This document shows positions 38,576-48,266 of a stretch of DNA of 64,000 nucleotides, in pieces. How positions within the stretch are numbered: the stretch's first letter is position 1; each line of letters opens with the position of its first letter. Under the pieces are notes generated by a model. It worked only from the letters and a program-made list of their open reading frames with translations, was not told where the DNA came from and did not search any database. Where the stretch lies: NCBI GenBank assembly GCA_913056395.1, contig CAJXMG010000002.1, positions 17,353 to 81,352 of the forward strand, in the 5' to 3' direction. A program made the translations under genes and the position numbers. Origin of the DNA: an uncultured bacterium (GTDB lineage: Bacteria > Planctomycetota > UBA8108 > UBA1146).

Positions 38576-40117
38576 CTAGAGTCCTCCCTTGCTTGCCGAA
38601 TCAGTATCCGGCTCGGGGCTGGGGGCGGGTTTCTCTTCGCTCTTGCCATCCTTCTTCAGGGGCTCGGCATCTTCCTGGGTCTCTTCTGACCCTTTGGCTC
38701 CAGCTCCCTCTTCTGTCGAACCTTCTTCTCCCTGGGCTTCCTCGCCGGATGCTCCCTCGGAGGTTTCTTCCATCTCCTTGGATTCGTCAGAACTCTCCCC
38801 TTCTTCCACTTCGGGGAAGAGACGTTGCAGACGGGCATCCATCTCGCGGTCATAGGCGAGGATTCCTTCGATCCAGACCTTCTGAACCCATGAGGTCATC
38901 TCCAGAGGGTTGCCGGTCCACATGACGATGTTGGCCACCTTGCCCTTGTCGATGGATCCGTATTGATCTGCGACTCCACAGATTTCGGCAGCCCCCAGAG
39001 TGATCGTGCGTAATGCCTGTTCCTGCGACATGCCGTTTCGAACCAGACGTGCGGCCTGATAGGTCAGAAGATTTTCCGGTATCACATTGCTGCGACCCGC
39101 CTGCAGGGCGAAACGAATTCTGTTCTTGCGCATCACCTCGGGAATAAAGGTTTCCTCCACCTCTCCGGTGATGGCATCTCTCTCGCGGTGGATCAGATCG
39201 CTGTCGAGAACCACCGGCACCTTGGCCTCTGCAATCTCAGCTGCAGCAAGGTGAGCGTCCCCGGAGAGCACAAGAACCGCCCTTCCGGTCCAGCCCCTGT
39301 CAGCAATCATTGCGATGGCAGGAGCCACATCGGTCGCAGCACCACAATGGATCCAGGCACCCAGCTTTCCGCCATCGAGATAAGCCAAATTGCGGTGACG
39401 ATCGTCGAGGTCCTCTTCACGGATCATCGACTTCCCCTTCTCACGCGCTTCGGCGGGAGGCAAGGGATTCAAATCGTCACTGTTTTCCGCTTCCTGTTCG
39501 TAACGTGTCTCGGCGAGGTTTTCATGCCAGCGATCAAACTCGCTGAAGACACCCCGCAGTTCTGCACGCTGGCGCAAACGGTCGTAACCACCTTTGGGTG
39601 TCACCGACATCTTGAGAGCGATTCCCGGCAAACGGGTCATCTCATCGGGAGAGAGACCGATGGGATGAACGATCCGGCTCACTCCACCCACCACGCAGTT
39701 GTTGCCCTGCATGACGTGAACCGTAGAGATGCCGTTTCTCAGGGAGTTTTCAAAGAAGAAACGGGAAGGGTCGATGGCGTCGTAGACATCGACGAAGGGG
39801 GCCACCGAAAGATTCTCGTTGGGAATGTCCAATCCGGCGGGGTTGTGGGCATCCACCAACCCGGGTGCCAGGATCATTCCGCTGCAATCCACTTCCATGG
39901 CATCGTAGGGAACTTCCATGTCTGCTCCGCCTACCGCCTGAATGATGCCATTCTCGATCAGAATGGTTCCATCGACGACGGGTGCGCCGGAGACGGTCAG
40001 GATCTTGCCGCCTGTCAGGGCCACCTTGGGAGATGACTGGGCTTCTGCGACTCCCTGCTGAAAGAACAGCAGGAGGGCGATTCCCAGAGTCAGGAATTTG
40101 TGAGTCAGGGTCGACAT
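38576..40117 (-). CDS. Secreted amidohydrolase-fold protein, paralog 5 (HNP in place of HxH; acidic C-terminal tail)
   Basis: Signal peptide MSTLTHKFLTLGIALLLFF, MILAPGLVDAHNPAG, C-terminal GSIDKGKVANIVMWTG. Confidence 0.7.
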   Translation of the reverse strand: MSTLTHKFLTLGIALLLFFQQGVAEAQSSPKVALTGGKILTVSGAPVVDGTILIENGIIQAVGGADMEVPYDAMEVDCSGMILAPGLVDAHNPAGLDIPNENLSVAPFVDVYDAIDPSRFFFENSLRNGISTVHVMQGNNCVVGGVSRIVHPIGLSPDEMTRLPGIALKMSVTPKGGYDRLRQRAELRGVFSEFDRWHENLAETRYEQEAENSDDLNPLPPAEAREKGKSMIREEDLDDRHRNLAYLDGGKLGAWIHCGAATDVAPAIAMIADRGWTGRAVLVLSGDAHLAAAEIAEAKVPVVLDSDLIHRERDAITGEVEETFIPEVMRKNRIRFALQAGRSNVIPENLLTYQAARLVRNGMSQEQALRTITLGAAEICGVADQYGSIDKGKVANIVMWTGNPLEMTSWVQKVWIEGILAYDREMDARLQRLFPEVEEGESSDESKEMEETSEGASGEEAQGEEGSTEEGAGAKGSEETQEDAEPLKKDGKSEEKPAPSPEPDTDSASKGGL

Positions 40118-40168
40118 CGATTACCTCGGTTTCAATACTTCCTCCGCAGTGCGGGTGGAAGGTTTAGC

Positions 40169-41698
40169 TCAATTTCTCTCGTATGAAAGTACACCGTCCA
40201 GCATGACCTTTTCGATGCGGGTCAAGGCTGAGAATGGGGAACCGTTCCAACAAACCAGGTCAGCTCTGCGTCCCGGTTCCAGGGTTCCCACTTCTTTTTC
40301 GATTCCCAGCAACTGGGCCGGGTACTGAGTCACCATTCGCAACGCCTCCGCAGGATCGACTCCGTATCGAATCGCCAGCATCGCCTGACGGGCAAGGCCC
40401 TCTTCACCGCGCAGGTCCTGCGCACTGAGAGCCATCGGGATGCCGGCGTCAGAAAGATCGCGGACCGTGTGAAGCCTTCGGTTACGAAGTTCACGGGACC
40501 CGGCAATGATTCCGCTGGGTTGATCAAAGATGGGACCGAAGACCACGGGAGTTCCTGTTTGCTTGAGCAGGTCGACCCGCTTCCACGCTTCCACCGGATC
40601 TTCCAGTGTGAAGGAAATGCCAAACTCATTGGCAAAGCGGAAGGCGGTTTCGATGTCACTGCCGGTTCTGGCCTGAATTCTCATCGGCACATCACCGGCG
40701 AGGACTCCCTGCAAAACCCGGGAGGCTTCTGCAGAGGTTTTGTCGGCACCGGTCGGCTCAAGGCCCCGGGCGCGAAGAAGGGCATCGTAGAAGGCTCTGC
40801 GGAAAACCCAGCCCACGCCCATTCGGGAATCGGGGCGACGGGTGTAGATGGAAACAAAGCCGCGGAAAGGGCTGCGATTCCGGGTGCCGTAGCGGTAGGC
40901 GTCACTGCCGACCACCGTTTTGACAGAACCGGTTCCCATGAAGCGATCGGTGATGGGACCGCCGGTACGCATCGTGGCTCCGCGGGACCCGATCACGGCA
41001 GATCCATCGGGACTGATGTAAACCGTGGTCACCCCCTCCTGGAGCAAACGATCAAAATCTTTCGATCCGTGATCGATACCGTCCATGATCTCGAATTGGG
41101 GAACCACCTCGCTCGACTGATCGGTGATGAGTCCACTCTCGCTGGGAACTCCCGCAGCCATCGCTTCGCGCTTCAGCTCAGCGAGTTCCTCTTCTTCCTC
41201 TTCCTCATCATGGGCGTGGGCATGGGGGTCATGCTCCGGGTATCCACAGAAGAGGCAACTCTCATCATGGCGGTGAAGAGTTTGTGCAGGACAAACGGTT
41301 CCACAGGGGCAGACATCACCACCGTGATACTGGTCTTCCATCCCCAATGCTCGAAGGATCGTCAATCGCGGATCCTCGGTGGGATAGAGCATGGCATCCA
41401 TCACGTCGATCTTGGCGTTGGCATCGATCAGGCCAGGGGTCACTTCTGCGACCTCCATGACCTCCAGTCCTTCCGGAACAGCTCCGCCGGAAGTGACACT
41501 TTCGATTCGCCCGTCACGGACGACGATGACCGCATTGTCGACGGTCTGACCATTGCCGACGTGAGCCTTGCCCGCCTTGACGACATAGGAGTTGACCGTT
41601 TTCACGGCCTCCTCTTCTGCCAACAGTGGCGAGAAACAGAAACCAATCACCAGACTGAAGACCCACAGCATCAGGGATTTGTTGAGTGTGTTGTTCAT
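40169..41698 (-). CDS. Secreted amidohydrolase-fold protein, paralog 6 (HxH absent; Cys/His-rich insert plus poly-Glu)
   Basis: Signal peptide, TPGLIDANAKIDVMDA (no His), an insert CPCGTVCPAQTLHRHDESCLFCGYPEHDPHAHAHDEEEEEEE, C-terminal GTLEPGRRADLVCWNG. Confidence 0.7.
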   Translation of the reverse strand: MNNTLNKSLMLWVFSLVIGFCFSPLLAEEEAVKTVNSYVVKAGKAHVGNGQTVDNAVIVVRDGRIESVTSGGAVPEGLEVMEVAEVTPGLIDANAKIDVMDAMLYPTEDPRLTILRALGMEDQYHGGDVCPCGTVCPAQTLHRHDESCLFCGYPEHDPHAHAHDEEEEEEELAELKREAMAAGVPSESGLITDQSSEVVPQFEIMDGIDHGSKDFDRLLQEGVTTVYISPDGSAVIGSRGATMRTGGPITDRFMGTGSVKTVVGSDAYRYGTRNRSPFRGFVSIYTRRPDSRMGVGWVFRRAFYDALLRARGLEPTGADKTSAEASRVLQGVLAGDVPMRIQARTGSDIETAFRFANEFGISFTLEDPVEAWKRVDLLKQTGTPVVFGPIFDQPSGIIAGSRELRNRRLHTVRDLSDAGIPMALSAQDLRGEEGLARQAMLAIRYGVDPAEALRMVTQYPAQLLGIEKEVGTLEPGRRADLVCWNGSPFSALTRIEKVMLDGVLSYERN

Positions 41699-42888
41699 TT
41701 TCTGACGCTCTCCAATTCATCCACTTTTCCGGGTTCCGCGACCCGCGTTCCGTGCCCTCCACGCCAGACGTGAATCACGCTGGATGCGGTGTCGAGGGGG
41801 TCTCCCGAGAAAAGAACCAGATCCGCTCTCTTGCCTGCGGAAACCTCTCCCGTCTCCAGCGCTCCGGAAACTTGCGCCGGATTGCTGAAGAGGGCTCTGC
41901 GGGCAGCGGCGGCATCCATCCCTGCGGAAACAGCCATGGCTGCACTTCCACGGAGGTGATCCGCGGGACCCGCCGGAAGTCCACCGGCAAAACTTAATTC
42001 CACCCCTTGCTTCGAAGCCCTCACGGCCATCATGAGGTGTGCACGGCTTCCACCCTCCAACAGAGGGCCGACAACCATGTGCACAGGCTTGGGAAGATCT
42101 TTCATCAGATTCAAGGGGGAACGGCCATCTCCACCGGTGTGAATGAAGACCGGAATCGCATCCGCAGACCACGGCAACGCAAGTGCCTGGCGCAAATCGA
42201 TTCCCTCCGCCACATAAAGGAGACCCGGATCTTTCAAGGCCTCGGGACCGGTCTGCATCCATTCTCTCCAGATGGAGAGCAGTGCGGTTCGACTGGTTGG
42301 AACCCGGTTCGCTGAGAGAACCGAGTCACCCAATGCCAGCATCATTTTTCCGGATCCCAATCGGGTGGCGGAAGAATCGCTGTGGCAGAGGAAGGTCGCG
42401 CTCTTTCCATTGACGACTCCGAGGGGCTGCGCCACCAGCGTGGTGTAGAGCACCCCGTGGTGAGCCGCGACATCCAGCCACGGGTCCGTGGAGTCGAAAC
42501 TGCTCCCGGCGTCGAGCTGCTCGTCGACCAGGACGGTTCCGGAACGCAAGGATCCGGGTTTGCCGCGAGTGCCCAGCGCCCCCATGAGATCGTGCAATCC
42601 CGGGGTCAGGACCGACCCTTCCGGGGCGCGGTAAACCTGGTCAAACGCCTTCTCATCGACGGTGGAACCGGGTACCAGTGCCTGAATCTTGCCGTCATTT
42701 CCGACGATCACCGCCCAGTCCCCCTCCAGATTTCCATCGGGGAGAAGTACCTGTGCACCGGTAATCGCCACTCCGTTGCCACCGGCTTCTGCCGGGAAGG
42801 AAAGAGTCAGAGCGAAGAGCATTGCAAGACCGAACAGGAACAACCTGTTTCCCGAGTCCGGATTTTGGTGATTGGAGCGATTCAACAT
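41695..42888 (-). CDS. Secreted amidohydrolase-fold protein, paralog 7 (HxH absent)
   Basis: Signal peptide, VLTPGLHDLMGA, C-terminal GEVSAGKRADLVLFSGDP. ATGA overlap with paralog 6. Confidence 0.7.
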   Translation of the reverse strand: MLNRSNHQNPDSGNRLFLFGLAMLFALTLSFPAEAGGNGVAITGAQVLLPDGNLEGDWAVIVGNDGKIQALVPGSTVDEKAFDQVYRAPEGSVLTPGLHDLMGALGTRGKPGSLRSGTVLVDEQLDAGSSFDSTDPWLDVAAHHGVLYTTLVAQPLGVVNGKSATFLCHSDSSATRLGSGKMMLALGDSVLSANRVPTSRTALLSIWREWMQTGPEALKDPGLLYVAEGIDLRQALALPWSADAIPVFIHTGGDGRSPLNLMKDLPKPVHMVVGPLLEGGSRAHLMMAVRASKQGVELSFAGGLPAGPADHLRGSAAMAVSAGMDAAAARRALFSNPAQVSGALETGEVSAGKRADLVLFSGDPLDTASSVIHVWRGGHGTRVAEPGKVDELESVRK

Positions 42889-44216
42889 TAGAAGCGCCCT
42901 CCTCTCGCCGCCGAAGCTTCCTGCCAGACCACTTCACCGTCGATGATGACTTTCACCGGACGGGCGGCAGGCTGGGTCGCCGGGTTGGCACTCCACAGAA
43001 CGATGTGATTCTGCCCTGGCCGAAGGGAATCCCGACGACTGCGAAGACCTCTGAGGTTCGTCGACTGGGCACTCGAGAGTGCAGCTTCCCCCGTCAGTTT
43101 GCGGGTCATGCGCCAGAGGCCTTCTCCGGAACCTCCGCTACCGATCACCCAATCCATTTCATGCTCCTCTAGGAGCGCAGCAAGATTGGAGGATCTTCGC
43201 GGAGTCGTACTCAGAACTCCGGGACCTGAGGCCGCCATCGACGTCGCCGGTTGGTCGATAATGAAGGAAAGATCCTCCAGTTTTTTCAATTCGTCGATCA
43301 CCAGAGCCGCTTCATCCGCACCGTGGATGATCGCGTCCAACTGGAACATGTGAATCAACTCGCAGGCGTTCAGCAGGTCTGCAGATCGCCGGGCGGTGAT
43401 CAGAACCGGAATCTTGTGGTCCAGAGCACGCAGGAGGATATCGCTGTCCTCATCGAGATCGGGACGACGGGGCTTTTCGGGGGCCTTCTTCTCTTCGTCG
43501 CCATCATTGCCATCGTCCTTCTTGCCCTCATCGGAGGACTTTTCGCCCTCCCCTTCACCGTCCTTGGCCTGCTCCTCGACCCACTTCTTCAGCTCCTCGA
43601 GGTACTCCTCCAGGTCTGATTCATAACTGTCGAGGCTCTCGCGACGATCACGGGCATTGTTGAACTGCTCGACGATTTTGTCGAAAGCACGAATGCGTGC
43701 GGAAGGAGGTCCTGATGAGAGGTTGATGCAAAGGGCGGCCTCTTCCTCGATCAGCACGCCGTGCCCGCCACCTTCCGCTTCTTCAAGCGAAACCCAGCAG
43801 GATCTGCCAGAGATGCCACTGCCGCGAACCGGAACCAGATGGACCCGGGTCACCCCTGAGGCGAGAACCGTTTCGATATCATCCTTGGAAAAGCGATCGA
43901 AGCCATCCCAACTCCACTGCTTCGCCTCTCCCGATCCGCCCACGGGAAGGGTGAGAACGGAAGCGTGATCGACGAGACCCGCTGTGGCGAAAAGCCCCTG
44001 GGCCGGGATTTTTTTCGACATGAGTGGCACGTCTGCAGTCTGGGAGATCTCGGCGATCCTGCCGCCACGGATCATGATCGTCAGATCCTCGAGAGTCCCG
44101 TTACGGGTGGGTGCGCTGACACCCTCCAGAACAACCGGACGTTGAAACAACTGACCCTCTACCCAACCCGGGTAGAACAGGAGGATCAGCATCAGCCACA
44201 CTCTAGGTGAAGACAT
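42888..44216 (-). CDS. Secreted amidohydrolase-fold protein, paralog 8 (degenerate; Asp/Glu/Lys-rich linker)
   Basis: Signal peptide MSSPRVWLMLILLFYPGWVEG, LFATAGLVDHASV, C-terminal RDSLRPGQNHIVLWSANP. First gene of the operon, with a divergent promoter region upstream. Confidence 0.65.
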   Translation of the reverse strand: MSSPRVWLMLILLFYPGWVEGQLFQRPVVLEGVSAPTRNGTLEDLTIMIRGGRIAEISQTADVPLMSKKIPAQGLFATAGLVDHASVLTLPVGGSGEAKQWSWDGFDRFSKDDIETVLASGVTRVHLVPVRGSGISGRSCWVSLEEAEGGGHGVLIEEEAALCINLSSGPPSARIRAFDKIVEQFNNARDRRESLDSYESDLEEYLEELKKWVEEQAKDGEGEGEKSSDEGKKDDGNDGDEEKKAPEKPRRPDLDEDSDILLRALDHKIPVLITARRSADLLNACELIHMFQLDAIIHGADEAALVIDELKKLEDLSFIIDQPATSMAASGPGVLSTTPRRSSNLAALLEEHEMDWVIGSGGSGEGLWRMTRKLTGEAALSSAQSTNLRGLRSRRDSLRPGQNHIVLWSANPATQPAARPVKVIIDGEVVWQEASAARGGRF

Positions 44217-44544
44217 ATGCTTGGCTCTTTCCTCATAAGTCGTTGCCCTCGCAACGACTCGGCGCTCTTTCACACTGATTCGATCAAAGTCACGCACTGC
44301 TGCGGTTCACAAGCCTGCACCCGGACACAGCCGTTCAGCAGACGCGTTATTACTGCGGGCAGACTGCACTCCTGCCAGATGGCAAAACTCCCCCGTTATC
44401 AGGGAGTAGGTCCACCACCTGTGGAAGCCGGTACACAGACCGGTGTCTCTCACGTCAAACAATCAGGGCTGATCGCGCGGGGATTCCCCCCAGTTCGCTG
44501 AATACCCCTGCTGAAATCGTCTATCTCAATTCCCCCACCTCTGG

Positions 44545-44576
44545 GGAGCTCCAAAGGAATTGGAGAGCTCCAAAGG
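44545..44576. promoter_or_regulatory. Direct repeat GAGCTCCAAAGG x2 (spacer ~6 nt) in the divergent pdxS / amidohydrolase-operon intergenic region
   Basis: ggagctccaaagg aattg gagagctccaaagg, each unit containing a GAGCTC palindrome, about 200 nt upstream of pdxS. Confidence 0.3.
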
Positions 44577-44774
44577 TATCCCCGCGATTCATGTCCCCGA
44601 ATTTCCCGCAGGTCGAATACAGAATAACCACCAGAATCCGCCCATGAAACCTGTAACGTGCGCCGATCTGCTCGCATCAGGCCATTTCCGGGTGCAAACT
44701 CGGACTTGATGCGACAGAGCTGTGAAAGCCGCTGAAACCGTTTTCCAGTCTGTCAGCCAGAAAGGATTCAACCG

Positions 44775-45692
44775 ATGAATGACGGATATTCCTCCCCGCT
44801 CCGGGGAACCGGGCTCTCTGAGGCTCACAGAACCCGTATTGGCCTTGCTGAAATGCTTCGCGGCGGCGTTATCATGGACGTGACCACAGCCGAGGAGGCC
44901 CACGTGGCCCAGGAGGCCGGAGCAGTAGCGGTGATGGCCCTCGAAAGAGTGCCCTCCGACATCCGCAGGGATGGTGGCGTTGCCCGCATGTCCCCGGTCG
45001 AAAAAGTGGAAGAGATCCAAAAGGTCTGCTCGATCCCGGTGATGGCGAAAGCACGTATTGGACACTTCGTTGAAGCCGAGATCCTGGAATCCCTCGAAGT
45101 GGATTTCATCGACGAATCGGAAGTACTGACCCCCGCAGATCACGCCTACCACATCGACAAGAATCGCTTCAACGTTCCCTTCGTCTGCGGAGCCACCAAT
45201 CTGGGTGAAGCCCTTCGTCGAATCGGCGAAGGTGCGGCCATGTTGCGCACCAAGGGCGAAGCAGGAACCGGTGATATCACCGAGGCCGTGCGTCACCTGC
45301 GGGCGATTCACTCCGAAATCCGCCGCCTCACCACTGCTCCCGAAGAGGAGTGGATGACTCTCGCCAAGGATCACGGTGCTCCCTATTCCCTCGTATGCCA
45401 GGTGGCAAAGGAAGGCCGACTCCCGGTCCCCAACTTTGCGGCCGGTGGTATTGCCACCCCTGCCGACGCAGCACTGGCAATGCGCCTCGGCGCAGAAGCG
45501 GTCTTCGTTGGCTCAGGGATCTTCAAATCGAAGGATCCCTTGCGTACCGCCAAGGCCATCGTTCATGCCACCGCCCACTTTGAAGATGCGGCTGAACTCG
45601 CCAACGCCTCCCGAAACCTGGGAGAAGCGATGCCGGGAATCGATGCCAGCAAGCTCTCGGAAGCGGAGCGTCTTCAGGATCGCGGCTGGTAA
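44775..45692 (+). CDS. pdxS: Pyridoxal 5'-phosphate synthase lyase subunit PdxS
   Basis: [26 protein letters not shown] and other strong PdxS matches. Confidence 0.9.
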   Translation: MNDGYSSPLRGTGLSEAHRTRIGLAEMLRGGVIMDVTTAEEAHVAQEAGAVAVMALERVPSDIRRDGGVARMSPVEKVEEIQKVCSIPVMAKARIGHFVEAEILESLEVDFIDESEVLTPADHAYHIDKNRFNVPFVCGATNLGEALRRIGEGAAMLRTKGEAGTGDITEAVRHLRAIHSEIRRLTTAPEEEWMTLAKDHGAPYSLVCQVAKEGRLPVPNFAAGGIATPADAALAMRLGAEAVFVGSGIFKSKDPLRTAKAIVHATAHFEDAAELANASRNLGEAMPGIDASKLSEAERLQDRGW

Positions 45693-45695
45693 ACC

Positions 45696-46268
45696 TTGGC
45701 CACTGTTCAGGCCGCTGTTCTCGCCCTGCAGGGATCTGTGGAACCCCACCTCAGATCCCTGCATGCCGCGGGTGCGGAACCCATCGAAGTCAGAAAGCCC
45801 GCAGAGTTGGACGGGATTACCCATCTGGTGATCCCCGGTGGCGAAAGCACCACCTTGCATCATCTGCTCAAGATTCATGGTCTTGACCAGCAGATTCCCG
45901 AGCGGGTTCGCGCAGGTTCACTGGCCCTGTTGGGCACCTGTGCAGGTGCGATTTTGATGGGCAAGAATCCGGAACAGGCTCCACCCCGTTTTGAACTGAT
46001 CGATGTGGATGTCGACCGCAATGCCTATGGTCGCCAGATCCACTCCTTCGTCGGGGAGATCGAGTGGCAATCGGGACCCGGTCCCGGCACGGGTGAAGGG
46101 GTCTTCATCCGCGCTCCGAAATTTGTCCGTATCGGTGAAGGGGTCAACGTCATCGCCCGCAGGGAAGATGAAGTGGTCGCAGTTCAACAGGACCGTTGCG
46201 TCGCCTGCTGCTTCCACCCTGAACTCACCACCGATCCCCGCCTCCACCGCTGGTTTCTGGGGATCTGA
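45696..46268 (+). CDS. pdxT: Pyridoxal 5'-phosphate synthase glutaminase subunit PdxT
   Basis: LVIPGGESTT, HPELT motifs, TTG start. Confidence 0.85.
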   Translation: MATVQAAVLALQGSVEPHLRSLHAAGAEPIEVRKPAELDGITHLVIPGGESTTLHHLLKIHGLDQQIPERVRAGSLALLGTCAGAILMGKNPEQAPPRFELIDVDVDRNAYGRQIHSFVGEIEWQSGPGPGTGEGVFIRAPKFVRIGEGVNVIARREDEVVAVQQDRCVACCFHPELTTDPRLHRWFLGI

Positions 46269-46278
46269 TCCCCACCCC

Positions 46279-46306
46279 CTCTCCGTTTGGGAGAGTCATT
46301 TTTCCT
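46279..46306 (+). terminator. Candidate intrinsic terminator after pdxT
   Basis: ctctcc gtttg ggagag hairpin followed by tcattttt. Confidence 0.45.
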
Positions 46307-46424
46307 CCCGGACCACGATTCTGCCCAGACACGCCTGATATTCACTGGATCAGGAACCGCTGACACCGGACTATGCATTCACGGGAAATCCTTCTGATTC
46401 AGGGATGTGGGCGAGGAGATTTCG

Positions 46425-48020
46425 ATGAATGAACCGGTCAAGACGGATTCCAATCCGCGAATCGGCATCTTTGGTTGGGGAGTGATCGCTCCCGGCTGTG
46501 ACAGTGTCGACACCTTCCGTGAAAAACTTTACGCCGGAGGTTCGTGGCTCGAAAAGTTTGAGGACTTTGGTCCCAGCAATTTTCTCGTCGGAGACCCTGA
46601 CTTTGACTTTGAAAAGTATCACTCCTGGATCGATGACCGCTTCCCCCCCAATCGCTTTGGTCAACTTCAGAGCAAGATGGGTGACCCGACCCTGATGGCG
46701 GTGGGCAGTTTCATTCAGTCCCTCGAGCAGAACCCCGGAATCGAAAAGACACTTCAAGACCTGGGCAATGCAGCCCATGTATACGTGGGTACCGGTCTCG
46801 GTGATTTGCCCACCATCTCCGAAGTAGCCCTCACCGCAGATCGCGCTCAGGCCCGTTGGGATGAGTTCTGGGCAAGTCCGGAAAACTGTCCTGCCAGAGC
46901 GGCTTTCACTGCCGGGGATGCGGATCCTGAAACGCTGGAAGGTCTGCCCGAGGATCCGGACACCGTCGCCCCCGAGGCCCGGGAAGATGCTCGCAGAGCC
47001 TGGAACCGGTATTGGGCGGAAAAATCGAGCCGCCTCGCAGAGTACCTGGAAAAAAGCCGGGAGATTGAAGGCGAAAGTATTGAGGGTGAGGTTGAGAGCA
47101 ACAAGGCCGCGGTGATCCGTGGCAAGATGAAGAAGGCTGCCCAGTTACGAAAAGACTGGGGAGTCCCCCTCGAACCCTGGAATGCTGTTTCGCCCAATCT
47201 TCTGTGGAATATTCACAGTTCCGTAGCTACACAGATCACCATGATGGGCAAGATCACCGGGCCCAGCTTCTCCCCGGTGGCAGCGTGTTCTACCTTTGGG
47301 GTCGCCCTCAAACTGGGAATGGACGCCATTGCCCGCGGTGAAGCGGAAGCAGTCGTCGTCGGTGCTGCAGATCCTCCGCCACACTCCATGGTCGTGGGTG
47401 CGTTCAATGCCGCCCGCGTGCTTTCCAATGATGGTGAAGTCTCCAAACCGCTGACCGGTTTGCGTGGTACCCACATCAGTGGAGGCTCCTGTATCTGGAT
47501 CATCGGTGACCTCGAAAAGATGCAGGCCCGGGGCTTCAAACCCCTCGGAATGGAACCGGTGGGAGTCGGTCTCACATCGGATGCCGACCACATCATCACC
47601 CCGAGTGAAGAAGGGCCGACTGCTTCGATTCATTCCGCCCTCGAAGCCGCATCCGCGAGTGCAGAATCGGTCTCGACCTGGGACCTTCACTGCACTGCAA
47701 CTCCCGGCGACTACCTGGAAGTTGAAAATGCACGCAAACTTTTCCCCGAACACATCCTGATGACCGCCCGCAAGGGTACCTTCGGTCACGGCATGGGTGT
47801 CTGCGGTGGCTGGGAATTGACGGCACAAATGCTTGCCGGAGAATCGGGACAAATCGCTCCCACATCTCTCACCGAGGCAGAATTGAATTCACAGATCTCC
47901 GAAGTCCATCGGAACTTTACCGGAAAGGAATCCGTCCCCCTGCCAGAGGGACTCTCCGGGAAACTCTCCATGGGTGTCGGTGGCATCAATGCGTGCGTGA
48001 TCTGCCGTCCCCTCGACTGA
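46425..48020 (+). CDS. Atypical beta-ketoacyl synthase (KAS I/II-like Cys-His-His enzyme with ~110-aa insertion)
   Basis: Active-site Cys in PVAACSTFGVAL, His motifs DLHCTATPGD and KGTFGHGMGVCGG. An Asp/Glu/Arg-rich insertion lies between the N-terminal segment and the Cys region. The ATG at 46425 is preceded by GAGGAG. Confidence 0.65.
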   Translation: MNEPVKTDSNPRIGIFGWGVIAPGCDSVDTFREKLYAGGSWLEKFEDFGPSNFLVGDPDFDFEKYHSWIDDRFPPNRFGQLQSKMGDPTLMAVGSFIQSLEQNPGIEKTLQDLGNAAHVYVGTGLGDLPTISEVALTADRAQARWDEFWASPENCPARAAFTAGDADPETLEGLPEDPDTVAPEAREDARRAWNRYWAEKSSRLAEYLEKSREIEGESIEGEVESNKAAVIRGKMKKAAQLRKDWGVPLEPWNAVSPNLLWNIHSSVATQITMMGKITGPSFSPVAACSTFGVALKLGMDAIARGEAEAVVVGAADPPPHSMVVGAFNAARVLSNDGEVSKPLTGLRGTHISGGSCIWIIGDLEKMQARGFKPLGMEPVGVGLTSDADHIITPSEEGPTASIHSALEAASASAESVSTWDLHCTATPGDYLEVENARKLFPEHILMTARKGTFGHGMGVCGGWELTAQMLAGESGQIAPTSLTEAELNSQISEVHRNFTGKESVPLPEGLSGKLSMGVGGINACVICRPLD

Positions 48021-48266
48021 CCCGTTAAGCGCGCCCGGGAAGCGTAAAGATCGGTACATTTCTCTTTAAAACCGTCAAATAACGCGGATAAAGCCAACGG
48101 TTCGCTTCAGATACGATCCAAACCCGCTTCCGAAGGCCCCATCGATGGGCTAATCTGACTCTTTCATTCAGGATCCGTATTTGTCCCAAAGGCGGCTCCG
48201 GTGATTTTCGTCCTCCCAAAGAGGACTGTTCAATCCTCACGGATCAAACCCCAGCAAGGAGAACCC

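Noticed and set aside
44589-45374. 261-aa minus-strand ORF overlapping pdxS
   Set aside because: pdxS on the plus strand is an unambiguous, highly conserved match, so the minus ORF is a shadow.
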